A stretch of DNA of 64,000 nucleotides from a virus, in the IMG/VR virus record IMGVR_UViG_3300037312_000927, one strand, 5' to 3'. The notes beneath the pieces were generated by a model. The model searched no databases. It saw nothing but the letters and a program-made list of their open reading frames with translations, and was not told the origin of the DNA. Positions 19,931 to 30,094 of this stretch are shown in pieces. Position numbers and translations under genes: made by a program. The number at the start of each line of letters is the position of its first letter. Within the stretch, counting starts at the first letter, position 1.

Positions 19931-20937
19931 TCACAGAGATCCACCCAGTTGTTGCCTGAGAATACTAAGAGCCTCTTTCTTGTACTCACGAAATTGCTCT
20001 TTAGAAAGATTCAATTGCTTTGCTACATTAGTATTGGTCATTTCTTCACCATCGTTAATGCCATAGGTAAGCTCAATTATCTCTCGGTGTGGCGATGGTA
20101 ACTTTGAGATGATGTTGTGGATTTTATCTCGGTCCATCCTGACTTCGACTTCCGTACCAATAGGGTCGATCTCGAAGCTAGGATCGTCGGTAAGGTCATC
20201 CAAATAGTATGTAAGGTATTTAGTACTGTACAGTTCTCTGAGATCCTTTTCACGGATTTCAGGGAACTCTTTTTTTAGTTCATCGAATGTAACATCTTCT
20301 TCTTTAGATTCGGTAAACTTCTGAATCCTTGCTATTAATTGTTGCTTCCAGATCACGCTGTTACTTGTTGACCTACCTAAGTAGGCGGTAGCTCATTTCT
20401 GGCTACTCTCGACTTTCTTTTGTTATGGTCGAGTTCAGACTATCGCATCACCTATCTCTAGGGCCATCTCACTTAGTCGTTCACGGTGCTTCCGCTTCCG
20501 CCCTGTCACCCTCTTCAGGGTTTCCAAGTCAATCAGAGTTGGTTTTCTTACGCTGTCACCAGAGTAAGCCCCATAAGTTTAGGGAGGGAAACAATTCTCA
20601 TTTTACTCATCTCTTTGAGTATGCGTTGCTGAACCCACCATCCAGCGTAGCTCAGAAAACGTACGTTCATACTGGGCTTGAACTTCTCAAGACCTACTAG
20701 TAGTCCATCATTACCAGCACAGATGAGTTCTTCGAAAATGTCGGGATCGTTCTTGGAATATTTCTTAGCAGTTTTGAAACAGAAACGCAGATTAGCCTTA
20801 ATTATTTTGTCTTTAATCTTAGCTTTCTCTTTCTCAGATATGGCAGGATCGTTGAGTTCCATAAAGAGATCGAATTCTTCCTCCTTGGTTAGGAGGGGTG
20901 TTTTACAAATTTCACTGTAGTAGCGGCTTAAGTCCAT
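19931..20937 (-). CDS. Sigma70-family RNA polymerase sigma factor, two exons (20937-20581, 20353-19931; 259 aa spliced)
   Basis: Exon 1: PLLTKEEE, ANLRF, GLLVGLEKF, RFLSYAGWWVQQRI (regions 1.2-2); exon 2: region 4 HTH; join RIVSLP|IWKQQ mirrors sigma70 RTIRIP|VH. Confidence 0.9.
20354..20580 (-). mobile_element. ORF-less group I intron (227 nt) in sigma gene
   Basis: Exon ends in U (CCU), P1 CCCU/GGGG, core strands AACGACUAAG and GAUAGUCUG (P7), terminal G; splicing restores frame. Confidence 0.88.
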
Positions 20938-21017
20938 TTAATAATTCTTTTAAAGTTAGGTCCCCTCCTATTGATAGGGTGACAATCGTAGTGTAAACTC
21001 TAAGTTTACAAAAGTCA

Positions 21018-21530
21018 ATGCATAGTATGGAACTGATAAGTAAAAAAGAAGCCTTAAGCAAAGGGCTCAAGAGATATTTCACTGGTAAGCCGTGTAGGCA
21101 CGGGCATGTTTGTGAGAGATTTGTTAGCGACGGTAATTGTAAACAGTGTAGGGTAAATCTCAATTCTAAGAATAAATATAGAGAGGACTACGAGTCGTAT
21201 CACAAGGAATATTATAAAAATAATAAACACATAGTATTATCTAAGAGAAAAGCCTACGCCCAGAAAAACTCGGATAGGATAAACGCGCTCATAGCTAAGC
21301 GCAGACACTCAAAGGATATGAGAACTCCTGCCTGGGCGAATCTGGAACTCATACGAAAGGTTTATGAAAAATGTAAAGTAACGACTAATAGAACTGGTGT
21401 AAAACACCATGTAGATCATATAGTTCCTTTACATTCTGATTTAGTATGTGGCCTCCATGTGCACTACAATTTACAAATTTTACCTGCTTCAGAGAACTGT
21501 AGTAAAAGTAACAAGTTTGAAATAGTTTGA
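21018..21530 (+). CDS. Free-standing HNH homing endonuclease
   Basis: HHVDHIVPL...GLHVHYNLQIL..EN.SK; N-terminus near-identical to ORF 2606-3292. Confidence 0.85.
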   Translation: MHSMELISKKEALSKGLKRYFTGKPCRHGHVCERFVSDGNCKQCRVNLNSKNKYREDYESYHKEYYKNNKHIVLSKRKAYAQKNSDRINALIAKRRHSKDMRTPAWANLELIRKVYEKCKVTTNRTGVKHHVDHIVPLHSDLVCGLHVHYNLQILPASENCSKSNKFEIV

Positions 21531-21562
21531 TCTTATAAACCCTTAATGATATAATAGAACTT

Positions 21563-22201
21563 ATGAAAATTTTAGCTTTGACTGGTCCGAGCTGCTCGGG
21601 CAAAACGACGCTCTTGAACGAGCTTGTTGATAAACACGGTTATCAGAATATCGTTAGCCACACCACGAGACCACCGCGTCCTGGAGAGGTATACGGCAAA
21701 GATTACTACTTCATTCCTCAACATATTTTCGATATGATGAAGGGTAACGATAAATTCTTGGAGAGTGTATCTTTTAACGGATTCAGTTACGGGGTCAGTA
21801 TCGAAGAGATTTACAAAGCTAATAAGTCTGGTAAAATCGCTGCATTGATTGTTGAACCTCGTGGTCTAGTACAGATCATGAAATACGCCGAGAAACGTGG
21901 AGACGTCGAGCTGAAGAAAGTATTCATAGGCGGAGATACCCACGAACTCATGACTCGATATATTCAGCGTATGCACGGTGAGAGTCTCAATGAACGTGGG
22001 GTTGCTGAACGCCATGCTAAACGGATGGAGTCCTTGATTATTGAGTGTCAAGAATGGACTCCGTTTAATGACCACTCGTTGGGAAAATATCAAGGGGACG
22101 TTATGACGACTATTCCTAGCATCATTCCTTATGATCTAGTAATATCGCAGTCAAACGACGAGAACTTCGAAGAAATACTACAACAAATAAAAGGACTATG
22201 A
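21563..22201 (+). CDS. gmk: Guanylate kinase-like nucleotide kinase
   Basis: GPSCSGKTTL, SHTTRPPRPGE..GKDYYF, F.G..YG motifs. Confidence 0.85.
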   Translation: MKILALTGPSCSGKTTLLNELVDKHGYQNIVSHTTRPPRPGEVYGKDYYFIPQHIFDMMKGNDKFLESVSFNGFSYGVSIEEIYKANKSGKIAALIVEPRGLVQIMKYAEKRGDVELKKVFIGGDTHELMTRYIQRMHGESLNERGVAERHAKRMESLIIECQEWTPFNDHSLGKYQGDVMTTIPSIIPYDLVISQSNDENFEEILQQIKGL

Positions 22202-22399
22202 ATGATTAAAGTAACACCCGAACTTAACAAGGAAACCGGTATTTCCAGATTCACTTTTGAATGCAGTACTGAAGCGGATCTGGAGGCAATGGATCACGTC
22301 CGAGTCGCTTTCCTGGGCCAGTTCCCTAAACGAGGCTCTTACGAGAACAGTAAAACCCTCGTGATTGAAGCAAAAGTACCGGTCGTGGAATTGTCATGA
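22202..22399 (+). CDS. Hypothetical protein
   Basis: 65 aa directly after kinase. Confidence 0.65.
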   Translation: MIKVTPELNKETGISRFTFECSTEADLEAMDHVRVAFLGQFPKRGSYENSKTLVIEAKVPVVELS

Positions 22400-22410
22400 A
22401 ATCGAAAATA

Positions 22411-22421
22411 TTTGGTATAAC
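22411..22421 (+). promoter_or_regulatory. Phage promoter motif TTTGGTATAAC
   Basis: Recurrent intergenic motif. Confidence 0.7.
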
Positions 22422-22440
22422 ACTAATGTAAGGATAGTAT

Positions 22441-22605
22441 ATGCTTGAGAAATCTGGTACAATTGTCCTTACAGATGGAGACCTACACGAGTTTTCTTTA
22501 GGTAGAGTCTCCGATAGAGTTAAGTCCAATTGGGGACTTAGCTTACAAGAACTTAAAGATGTTCTGGATAGTAAAAACTACGTTCACTCTCCAAATCAGC
22601 AATAA
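22441..22605 (+). CDS. Small hypothetical protein (54 aa)
   Basis: SD AAGGA, MLEKSGTIVLTDGD...; below track cutoff. Confidence 0.55.
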   Translation: MLEKSGTIVLTDGDLHEFSLGRVSDRVKSNWGLSLQELKDVLDSKNYVHSPNQQ

Positions 22606-22641
22606 GTATTATTACTTCACAACATTATAACTTAGAATAAT

Positions 22642-23514
22642 ATGAATCTCGAAAAACTGAATACCCTCGCTCAGAACCTGCCGGAAGATGTACGTCAAAA
22701 TGCTGTCGATCTCGTAACCCGTATGGGTGAAGTTATCGAAGGTATTGGCGACCGTCCGGTGACCTGGCGTCCACAGACCCTGAAGCTGATTCAGGCTATG
22801 AGTGACCGTTCGAAACTGCCGAAAGGTACCAACGTTGGTGATTTGCTGCTGGGTGAAACCAAGATCGATCAACCGCTGGATGTCATCGTTCTGCGCTCGT
22901 GGGATGGCCGTCAGTACTGGAGCCCGGACAAAGACGAAGCCAAGATGCTGTGCTCTTCGCCAGATGCAGTCCTCGGTTACATCGGTCAGGAATGCAAAAC
23001 CTGCCCGCACAGCAAGTTCACTGACGACGGCAAGCCGCAGTGCAACAAGGTCAAGTTCTTCATGGTCGTCAAGCGTGACCTGAGCGACGTGTTCCTGGTG
23101 CAATTCGCAAAGACTGGTTTCAAAGCTGGTAACGAATGGCAACAACTGATGAAGAAAGCTGGCGTTGCTCCGTACCGTCGTGTTTACGGCGTCAAGAGCG
23201 TTGACAGCAAAGAGTACAAGAACGTCGTGAACATCGGCGTCGAAACGTACGAAGGTGAGAAGCGTGACACTCCGAAGGAATACCTGGAATTCGTTACCGA
23301 GCTGTTCACCCAAGTCGGCGCAGACCGTAAGGAATCGGTGGACGAGTTCCACAAGATCATCCTGGCCCGCAAGCAGGATCCAGCGATGCTGGCAAATGAT
23401 TCCGGCGCGGATAGTGAAGTTCAACTGCTGGAGGCTCCTGCAGAGGCTGCTGCCGGTGGTGAAGAAGCTAAGGAGGCTAAGGTCAGCTCCAAAGCTAAGA
23501 ACTACGTCATCTAA
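22642..23514 (+). CDS. Putative single-stranded DNA-binding protein
   Basis: 290 aa, CSSPD...CKTCP...C motif, acidic flexible tail, highly biased codons, in replication cluster. Confidence 0.5.
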   Translation: MNLEKLNTLAQNLPEDVRQNAVDLVTRMGEVIEGIGDRPVTWRPQTLKLIQAMSDRSKLPKGTNVGDLLLGETKIDQPLDVIVLRSWDGRQYWSPDKDEAKMLCSSPDAVLGYIGQECKTCPHSKFTDDGKPQCNKVKFFMVVKRDLSDVFLVQFAKTGFKAGNEWQQLMKKAGVAPYRRVYGVKSVDSKEYKNVVNIGVETYEGEKRDTPKEYLEFVTELFTQVGADRKESVDEFHKIILARKQDPAMLANDSGADSEVQLLEAPAEAAAGGEEAKEAKVSSKAKNYVI

Positions 23515-23580
23515 GCTTTTAGCTTCTGAGTAACTCGGTAGGGTGGGAGACTGCCCTACCTCATAAGGCGGTTAGGTCGT

Positions 23581-24153
23581 ATGAGTAAACAACTAGAGCA
23601 AGCAAGTGCAAAAAGCACTGAAGAAACGTTGCCTGTAAAACCTAGGTATCAGGAACTCTGTGAGATCTTGAAACAAGGTGAGTTGGTAAAAGAAGATCCC
23701 TCCTCAATTCCCGTAAGAGGTTTTTATGGGCATGATGGATCGGTGTTCTTCGGGGTAATCCTCCAAGAACTCAAGGACTCTTTTTTAGTTGGATCTCCTG
23801 CAAAACTGATGATGACCAAGGATCGTCAGGTAGTAATTGATGCTGTGAGTGCTGAGCCTGTAATCAGGGTTTTTAAAGCGGCAACTCGTTACGTAGTAAC
23901 ACCCATCGAGTTCACACAGTTTCATTACTATACACATTTGGAGAATTTCGGGTATAAGTTCATGAGTGAATACTTTAGTGAGGAAATGCGAGAGCATATC
24001 ACTGAAGTCCTCTCCAACCCAAAATTTGCTAATACTACTGTACCTAAAGTAGATAAGGTCGAAGAGACCTCTGAAGAAGAAGATGTACTGCATTCAGCCG
24101 GGGCGAGCTACGGAGCATTTTTAGTGCCCAATAATAGCGATTGCATTCACTAA
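23581..24153 (+). CDS. Hypothetical protein
   Basis: 190-aa ORF. Confidence 0.75.
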   Translation: MSKQLEQASAKSTEETLPVKPRYQELCEILKQGELVKEDPSSIPVRGFYGHDGSVFFGVILQELKDSFLVGSPAKLMMTKDRQVVIDAVSAEPVIRVFKAATRYVVTPIEFTQFHYYTHLENFGYKFMSEYFSEEMREHITEVLSNPKFANTTVPKVDKVEETSEEEDVLHSAGASYGAFLVPNNSDCIH

Positions 24154-24161
24154 TAACAATA

Positions 24162-25127
24162 ATGACATCCACAGCTATACTAACAAGAATAAACGATGCT
24201 GAAGAGAGGCTAGAAGAATCTGGAGGTCTTGACTATAACAAGTACACTCTAGGTCCCTGGAGTCCGAGTAAGGTCAAGATGCTGGAGAAGTGTCCCTATC
24301 AGTTTTACCTGAAGTATTTACTGAAGGTTAAACCTGATGATGACTACGTTCAAGACACTGCGATGGCAGATGTCGGTACTATCGCCCACCGTATTTTGGA
24401 ACATGTCGTTCTAGGTAAAAGCGTGGGTGATGCCTACAGACTTGCCAAAGTAGAGCATTGTGAAGTACCGCCAGAACTTCAAAAGAAGGGCGTGGCGAAT
24501 ATCACATCTGCCAAGTGGGCCGAGAGCATCGAACCACTTGAGGCTAATATCATCACCTTTTCGGAGAAGATGGAGGCATTCAAACGTAATAACAAGGTTA
24601 TTGCGTACCACACCGAGCTAAGGTTAGGAGTAACGAAGGACTGGAAGAAGACTACTTTCTTTGGAAAGGATGTTTACTTCCGAGGCATCGTTGACTTGGC
24701 CATTGAACTTGATACAGGTCCAGGTAAAAAGCCTGATTTTTTAGTACTTGATCATAAGCACGGTGGAGGGGATTTCGGTACCCCTAGCACAAGAAACTAC
24801 CAGCAGCAACTTGACTCATATAGGCCTATGATCCATTATGGATTTAAGTCATCGTCAGGTATTCAGGCAGGTATTCACTTTATCAAGGCAGGTACTTCGG
24901 CCTACGATAAATATACTCCTGCTGAAGAAATTGAAACATCTATTCGCAAAAACGTGGAGTGGGTAATCGACGGTGCAGTTGACCGAGTCCAAGAGCTCGG
25001 ATACTTCAAGCACATCCGTGGTTCTCACTGCCAGTATTGTGAGTACAACGACCAATGTAAACCTGGGCTCTTAAAAGATAACGAGCTCTCCACTAAGAAA
25101 TACTTCGAGATTAAGGAAATAAAATGA
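24162..25127 (+). CDS. PD-(D/E)XK exonuclease, RecB/Cas4-like
   Basis: SPSK..CPY, GTIAH, RGIVDLA..DHK, C-terminal CQYCEY...C. Confidence 0.85.
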   Translation: MTSTAILTRINDAEERLEESGGLDYNKYTLGPWSPSKVKMLEKCPYQFYLKYLLKVKPDDDYVQDTAMADVGTIAHRILEHVVLGKSVGDAYRLAKVEHCEVPPELQKKGVANITSAKWAESIEPLEANIITFSEKMEAFKRNNKVIAYHTELRLGVTKDWKKTTFFGKDVYFRGIVDLAIELDTGPGKKPDFLVLDHKHGGGDFGTPSTRNYQQQLDSYRPMIHYGFKSSSGIQAGIHFIKAGTSAYDKYTPAEEIETSIRKNVEWVIDGAVDRVQELGYFKHIRGSHCQYCEYNDQCKPGLLKDNELSTKKYFEIKEIK

Positions 25128-25426
25128 CTACGATCGCTCAAAACCAAAACGATACCCTGTTCCAGTCTGGCAAAATCGATGTAGCTGAAGCAGCAAGTAT
25201 GAGGGCCGCCAAGTATGGTATGGAGGAGCTTGAGGCGCAAGTTGCAGCTAAGGTTCTGGATAAGATGGCCGTATACTCAGAAGGTATTGCTGATATTTTG
25301 TCGAATCTGAATTTGGATGCTGGTGCAGATGCTATTTATGAGGTCCTGTTCACGAGGATGTTCGACCACGCAGTCTTGGTGCATGGAGAAGAACTCCTCC
25401 TGGCCCGTTCTGCGCCTGCCCAATAA
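25124..25426 (+). CDS. Hypothetical protein
   Basis: ATGA overlap; 100 aa. Confidence 0.7.
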   Translation: MTTIAQNQNDTLFQSGKIDVAEAASMRAAKYGMEELEAQVAAKVLDKMAVYSEGIADILSNLNLDAGADAIYEVLFTRMFDHAVLVHGEELLLARSAPAQ

Positions 25427-25511
25427 ACATTGAAGTAGTTCCCCTGAGCCTTGCCTTCGAGCAGGGCTTAGTTTATTATGGAGGGCACTTCTGATAAGAA
25501 TAAGGATATAA

Positions 25512-28355
25512 ATGTTTCAAATATGTAAAGAAAGTATCGACCTAGTAGCCCACATCGCCAAAGAAACGGAGATGGAGATCGGTGAATGCGGTACTGATAC
25601 GTATGAAATCAAGGGTGATGACGCTAACGGTTATTGCCCATTCTGCGAACACAAAGGTTGTTTTAAGATCAAGCAGAATCCTGAAGAACTCGTCAATGCC
25701 TTCTATCACTGCTTCAGCTGCGAACAACATGGGTCAATCATTGATTGGGTAGCAGAACGAGAAAAGCTTTCGCCAGTAGATGCTGCTAGAAAACTAGCCA
25801 AAGAGTACAATATCGAACTGCCTAAGGATTTCAATCCTATCCAGGAGATCTTCGATGTAACTGCAAAGTACTACCATAACTGTTTTATAGATGCAAAGCC
25901 GAGTTCTAAGCTGGCACGTATGACTCCGGTTGAGTATCAACTGAAGGTACGTCGTCACGAAGAGTCTACTTTGGCAAAAGCCCAGATCGGTTGGGGTGAT
26001 GGAGGTCTTGTAGAGTTCCTGGAAAGCTTGGGATTTGAGCCCGACCTTTTAGTTGAGAGCGGTCTTAAGAACAAGAAGACTGGTAAAGACTTCTTACCTA
26101 GCGATTGTTTTCTTTATCCTCACTATGTAAATGGCAGAGTTTCGCACTTCACGATCAAAGATCCAATCAAGAAGATTGCGTATCAACTTCCTAACAAATA
26201 TTCTCTTAATGGCCATCAGTTCTACGGACAAGATAGCGTAAAAGGGAAAGACGCCGTTATCATCGTGGAAGGTGAAAATGATCGTCTCAGTATCATTGAG
26301 AGGTCTGACAAATACGGAGTGCTGGCCACCATTGGTCAAATCTCTGGAGCACAGCTTGACTGGATGAGAGAAAACCTCAACGGCAAGCACGTAATAACGA
26401 TGTTTGATCCGGATGAAGCCGGCGACAAATACCGTGTGAAGGTGGAGAAGATTCGGTCAGCGTTTAAAAGCCTGACTCAAGTCAAACCCCCTGAAGAGAA
26501 AGACATTGACGATCATCTGTCCCGGGGTGCCGACCTTGATGGTATCATCTCTGCTAATGTCGTCAAAGTCGAATTGGAGGATCGGTTCGTCCCTCCGGCT
26601 GGACTCACTGTTAATACTACTGTAGTAAAAGAGGACGGCACCACTGAGGAAACTCAGGAGACCGTAGAAAACAATAGTGTCATTGAGAAACATGGCGCTT
26701 ACTGGAGGGTTAAGTTTAAAGATGGAGAACCTCAATATACGAAGATCTCCAACTTTACTATTAAGTTAAAGAACGTATATGTTACGGAAGAGGGCGATAG
26801 ACTTCGAGAAATTGTGGTGGTTAGAGAAGACGGTTTTGTATCTGATCCTGTTACAACGAATAGTGAGACCAAAGTATCTCTTAAGAGCTTTAGGGTCCTG
26901 CTGGCAAGATCTGCTGACGCGGATTTTCGGGGTAACGAACAGGATCTGATCGGAATGTGGGATCTGATTTATTCGACGAATACGGAAACGCTTGTCAAGG
27001 TTACCCGGGTTGTTGGACGCCATGAACAGTCTCGTGGTTGGTTGACCCGTACCAAATTCATCTCTGATACAGGTGTAGTTATAGAACCTGATGAAAGCGG
27101 TATTTTCTGGTCCAACGGAAGAAGCGTAGGGATTCGACCGGAGTCGTTAGACAAAAGTGGCAGTGGAGATAACACTGATATTCCACATTTTGTAACTGAC
27201 ACGACTCCCGATGAACGTGAGGAGTTACTTAGAGGGTTGGTTACCAACCTGGCGAAGAACTTGGGTGACCCCGGCACCGCTTTACTGATGTTGGCCTGGT
27301 TCCAATCGTGTGCATATTCTAATAGTATCTTTAGGCTTAATAAAAGCTTCCCTATGCTATTTGTATGGGGTAGCAACGGTGAGGGTAAGGGCACTATCTG
27401 TGAATGGCTGATGTCTTTGTACGACTTGCATGATAAAGGACGTACAGCTGTTTCGCAGTTGAAGAGTGGCGTTGGTTTTGGTAGAAAGGCCGAGTATTAT
27501 GCTAGCTTACCTTTGTGGATTGATGAGATTCGAGCGGACGCAGAATGTTCCACTTATAATTCTACTTTTAGAAGTTATTACGATCGAACTCCTAGGACTA
27601 TGGGTGCTAAAGACGGGTTCGGTGTTAAAGTGCAGCATGTGCGTAGTTGCTTTCTGTTTGCTGGTGAAGATCTGTTCGAAGATCCGGCAACGAAAGAACG
27701 ATGTATCGTAGCCCGAATTCCTCGTATCGGCAGGGAAAAGGTGGAGAGTTACCAATGGATCGATGCACGTAAGAGTGACCTGAGCAGCATCGGTTACATG
27801 TGGATTCTCCAGAGCGTGAACCGAGATCATGGAAAACTCCTGGATCAGATCCGTAAGTTGGACAAAGAACTGATCCTTGAGGCGAAGTGTTCTTCTAGGA
27901 AAAGTAAGAACTGGGCAGTGGTCGGTACGTTCGCCATTGAGCTGGCTGAGAAGTATATGCCGGAGTTCGATATGCGTAAGTTTCTGTATGAAGTCAGTAC
28001 GAAGGATAGCATTCAACAGAAGAGCGAGACGACGGTCTCACAGTTCTTTGAAACTGTTGAATCTATCATGAGTCAAGAAGGCATCCAGAAACTGACAGTG
28101 AATCACATTATGCGAGAGGGACATCTTCTCCACGTATGGTTCCCCCACGTATATCGAGTAGTGAACGAGGCTTATCATAACCGGTTTGCATTTACGAAAA
28201 ACGCTGTCCTGGCAGCACTTAGGGAGGAGTCGTATTTCGTATCGGATGATAAGAAGATAACGATGGGACTAAATGGAGTTAGACGAGTTGTTGTAACTCT
28301 GGATCTGAACAAAGCTCCGGATTCTATTAAGAATATAGCGAATATAAATGTCTAA
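25512..28355 (+). CDS. Primase-helicase (CHC2 zinc finger, TOPRIM, P-loop NTPase)
   Basis: CPFCEH..YHCFSC; IVEGENDRLS and FDPDEAG TOPRIM; WGSNGEGKGT Walker A; IDE Walker B. Confidence 0.9.
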   Translation: MFQICKESIDLVAHIAKETEMEIGECGTDTYEIKGDDANGYCPFCEHKGCFKIKQNPEELVNAFYHCFSCEQHGSIIDWVAEREKLSPVDAARKLAKEYNIELPKDFNPIQEIFDVTAKYYHNCFIDAKPSSKLARMTPVEYQLKVRRHEESTLAKAQIGWGDGGLVEFLESLGFEPDLLVESGLKNKKTGKDFLPSDCFLYPHYVNGRVSHFTIKDPIKKIAYQLPNKYSLNGHQFYGQDSVKGKDAVIIVEGENDRLSIIERSDKYGVLATIGQISGAQLDWMRENLNGKHVITMFDPDEAGDKYRVKVEKIRSAFKSLTQVKPPEEKDIDDHLSRGADLDGIISANVVKVELEDRFVPPAGLTVNTTVVKEDGTTEETQETVENNSVIEKHGAYWRVKFKDGEPQYTKISNFTIKLKNVYVTEEGDRLREIVVVREDGFVSDPVTTNSETKVSLKSFRVLLARSADADFRGNEQDLIGMWDLIYSTNTETLVKVTRVVGRHEQSRGWLTRTKFISDTGVVIEPDESGIFWSNGRSVGIRPESLDKSGSGDNTDIPHFVTDTTPDEREELLRGLVTNLAKNLGDPGTALLMLAWFQSCAYSNSIFRLNKSFPMLFVWGSNGEGKGTICEWLMSLYDLHDKGRTAVSQLKSGVGFGRKAEYYASLPLWIDEIRADAECSTYNSTFRSYYDRTPRTMGAKDGFGVKVQHVRSCFLFAGEDLFEDPATKERCIVARIPRIGREKVESYQWIDARKSDLSSIGYMWILQSVNRDHGKLLDQIRKLDKELILEAKCSSRKSKNWAVVGTFAIELAEKYMPEFDMRKFLYEVSTKDSIQQKSETTVSQFFETVESIMSQEGIQKLTVNHIMREGHLLHVWFPHVYRVVNEAYHNRFAFTKNAVLAALREESYFVSDDKKITMGLNGVRRVVVTLDLNKAPDSIKNIANINV

Positions 28356-28689
28356 AGAACTTGAAGTTAAACCATTTCCGGGAAAGGGGTTTGAACCTGC
28401 CCCGGAAGATCGGGGATGGATTCCCCTTACAGTTCCTACTCAGTTGAACGTTAACACCGTAAAATTGGTACGGGATTTTTCTGAAGCCTTGATGCAGAAA
28501 TTGCTTAAGGCTCAAACGAAATACGGACACCAGGATGGTTGGATGGATGGTGGCTGGATGGATAAATGCAGAGCAGATATGATGGATCACATCGAAAAGG
28601 GTGACCCACTCGACGTCGCTGCATACACTGCGTTTTTGTGGTTCCACGGTGAATCGACTGTGAAAAGAAATGAGGAATACAAAGAATGA
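28348..28689 (+). CDS. Hypothetical protein
   Basis: 113 aa; HIEKGDPLDVAAY motif common in phage ORFs. Confidence 0.75.
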   Translation: MSKELEVKPFPGKGFEPAPEDRGWIPLTVPTQLNVNTVKLVRDFSEALMQKLLKAQTKYGHQDGWMDGGWMDKCRADMMDHIEKGDPLDVAAYTAFLWFHGESTVKRNEEYKE

Positions 28690-28922
28690 TTGATATTACA
28701 AAGAAAATTTGGGCCAAGTACAAAGCTATCGGTAATGCTAAATACACAGCCTTCGGCATTACGGGATTTCTGATTCTGGATATGTTTTTCCTGTTGGGCG
28801 CAATTCTTAAAGCATGCGTAGGTGAAGTGGAACCGTTCTATCTGCTGCTGGGCTTCGTAATGGTGGTGTATGCCTACCTGAAAGAAAAAGCTAGTGATAA
28901 TCATCACTTTTACCCAGATTAA
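28686..28922 (+). CDS. Membrane protein
   Basis: Two TM helices, ATGA overlap. Confidence 0.7.
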   Translation: MIDITKKIWAKYKAIGNAKYTAFGITGFLILDMFFLLGAILKACVGEVEPFYLLLGFVMVVYAYLKEKASDNHHFYPD

Positions 28923-28990
28923 GTGTTGACACAAGTGTAGTAGTCAGGGTAAGATTACTACATCTCAACAACTTCTATAATAAAAACAAA

Positions 28991-29290
28991 ATGAGTAATA
29001 TCTTTGTAGCACGTAACCAAGGTAAATCCGGTGAAACCCCGAAACCCTATCTGGGATATCGAAACTTCTACGGTCCAGGTAAATTCAAATACTTCGTATA
29101 CCCGGACGGTGGATGGGATCCGAAATGGGGCCGTAAACCCCTGCTTGGTACGGTGTACGCAGATGAGCCCTTCTACGCAGTACGAGAAGCTTACACCAAG
29201 GGCCTTGCCCCAGTGAATGGCACCTTCGGACTGATTGCTTTGAAAGAGAAACTTGATGAAGGTCAATACGTTTCTCGTCGTTTTAACTAA
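28991..29290 (+). CDS. Hypothetical protein
   Basis: 99 aa after a TTGACA-type promoter. Confidence 0.7.
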   Translation: MSNIFVARNQGKSGETPKPYLGYRNFYGPGKFKYFVYPDGGWDPKWGRKPLLGTVYADEPFYAVREAYTKGLAPVNGTFGLIALKEKLDEGQYVSRRFN

Positions 29291-29324
29291 TCATTACAAA
29301 AATTAATAATAAAGGAAAATAGAA

Positions 29325-29603
29325 ATGAATAAAGGTGAACTGATCAACTCGTACGCAGCTGAAGCTGGTGTCAAAACTGCCGATGCGAAAGCTGCGGTCG
29401 AAACTTTGGCCCGTATTTATGAGCGCACCCTGCTGACCGGGGAAGAAGTTACAGTCCCAGGCGTCGGTAAGCTTAAAGTCGTGACCAAAGCTGCACGCAA
29501 CGGCCGCAACCCGAAGACTGGCGAAGCAATCCAGATCCCGGCAAAGCGTGTCGTTGAATTTACCCCGTCGGCGGAATTCAAAGCAAGCGTCAGTCCGGTG
29601 TAA
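29325..29603 (+). CDS. hup: HU/IHF-family DNA-binding protein
   Basis: MNKGELI...GVGKLKVVTKAARNGRNPKTGEAIQIPAKRVVEF. Confidence 0.95.
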   Translation: MNKGELINSYAAEAGVKTADAKAAVETLARIYERTLLTGEEVTVPGVGKLKVVTKAARNGRNPKTGEAIQIPAKRVVEFTPSAEFKASVSPV

Positions 29604-29621
29604 TTAACACCTAGCTTAATT

Positions 29622-29650
29622 AAGGCTCAACTTCGGTTGGGCCTTTTTTT
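29622..29650 (+). terminator. Rho-independent terminator
   Basis: AAGGCTCAAC-TTCG-GTTGGGCCTT plus T run. Confidence 0.85.
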
Positions 29651-29680
29651 AGTTTTAATAAATCAAAGTTATTCACTAGT

Positions 29681-29691
29681 TTTGGTATAAG
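29681..29691 (+). promoter_or_regulatory. Phage promoter motif TTTGGTATAAG
   Basis: Recurrent intergenic motif. Confidence 0.75.
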
Positions 29692-29740
29692 TATTATATG
29701 TAGCCTTATATTTAAGGCGTGTCCTTAACTAGGAGTATTT

Positions 29741-30037
29741 ATGGATAACCTTGAGAAACACGACACTCTCATCGAAGGTATAACTCCGGTAGGATTGTTG
29801 TCGGCAGTTGGCGCAGTAATTCTCGTAGTATCCTTGTACAAAGTGGTGACAGTATCCGTTGTGGAGGTTAAAACCTATGCTACATATGGATTTATAGGAT
29901 TGACGTGTCAATGGGCCGTTGCTATTTTTAAACCCCATCTGATATGGAGACTTGTTGGTGTTTGTGTGTTTTCTCTGATATCAGCCATGCTGCTTGCTTT
30001 AATAATCTCAAGCATGGGGATGTTCTTCAAAATATAA
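29741..30037 (+). CDS. Membrane protein
   Basis: SD AGGAG; three hydrophobic segments. Confidence 0.7.
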   Translation: MDNLEKHDTLIEGITPVGLLSAVGAVILVVSLYKVVTVSVVEVKTYATYGFIGLTCQWAVAIFKPHLIWRLVGVCVFSLISAMLLALIISSMGMFFKI

Positions 30038-30094
30038 CCCTCTAGTTAAGAGGTTTTCTATCCCGGTTATGCCGGGTTTTTTGTTAGGTGAAAT

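Noticed and set aside
22569-22582. 14-mer TAGTAAAAACTACG shared with 37039-37052
   Set aside because: AT-rich, inside a small ORF in one copy, no shared flanks; likely chance.
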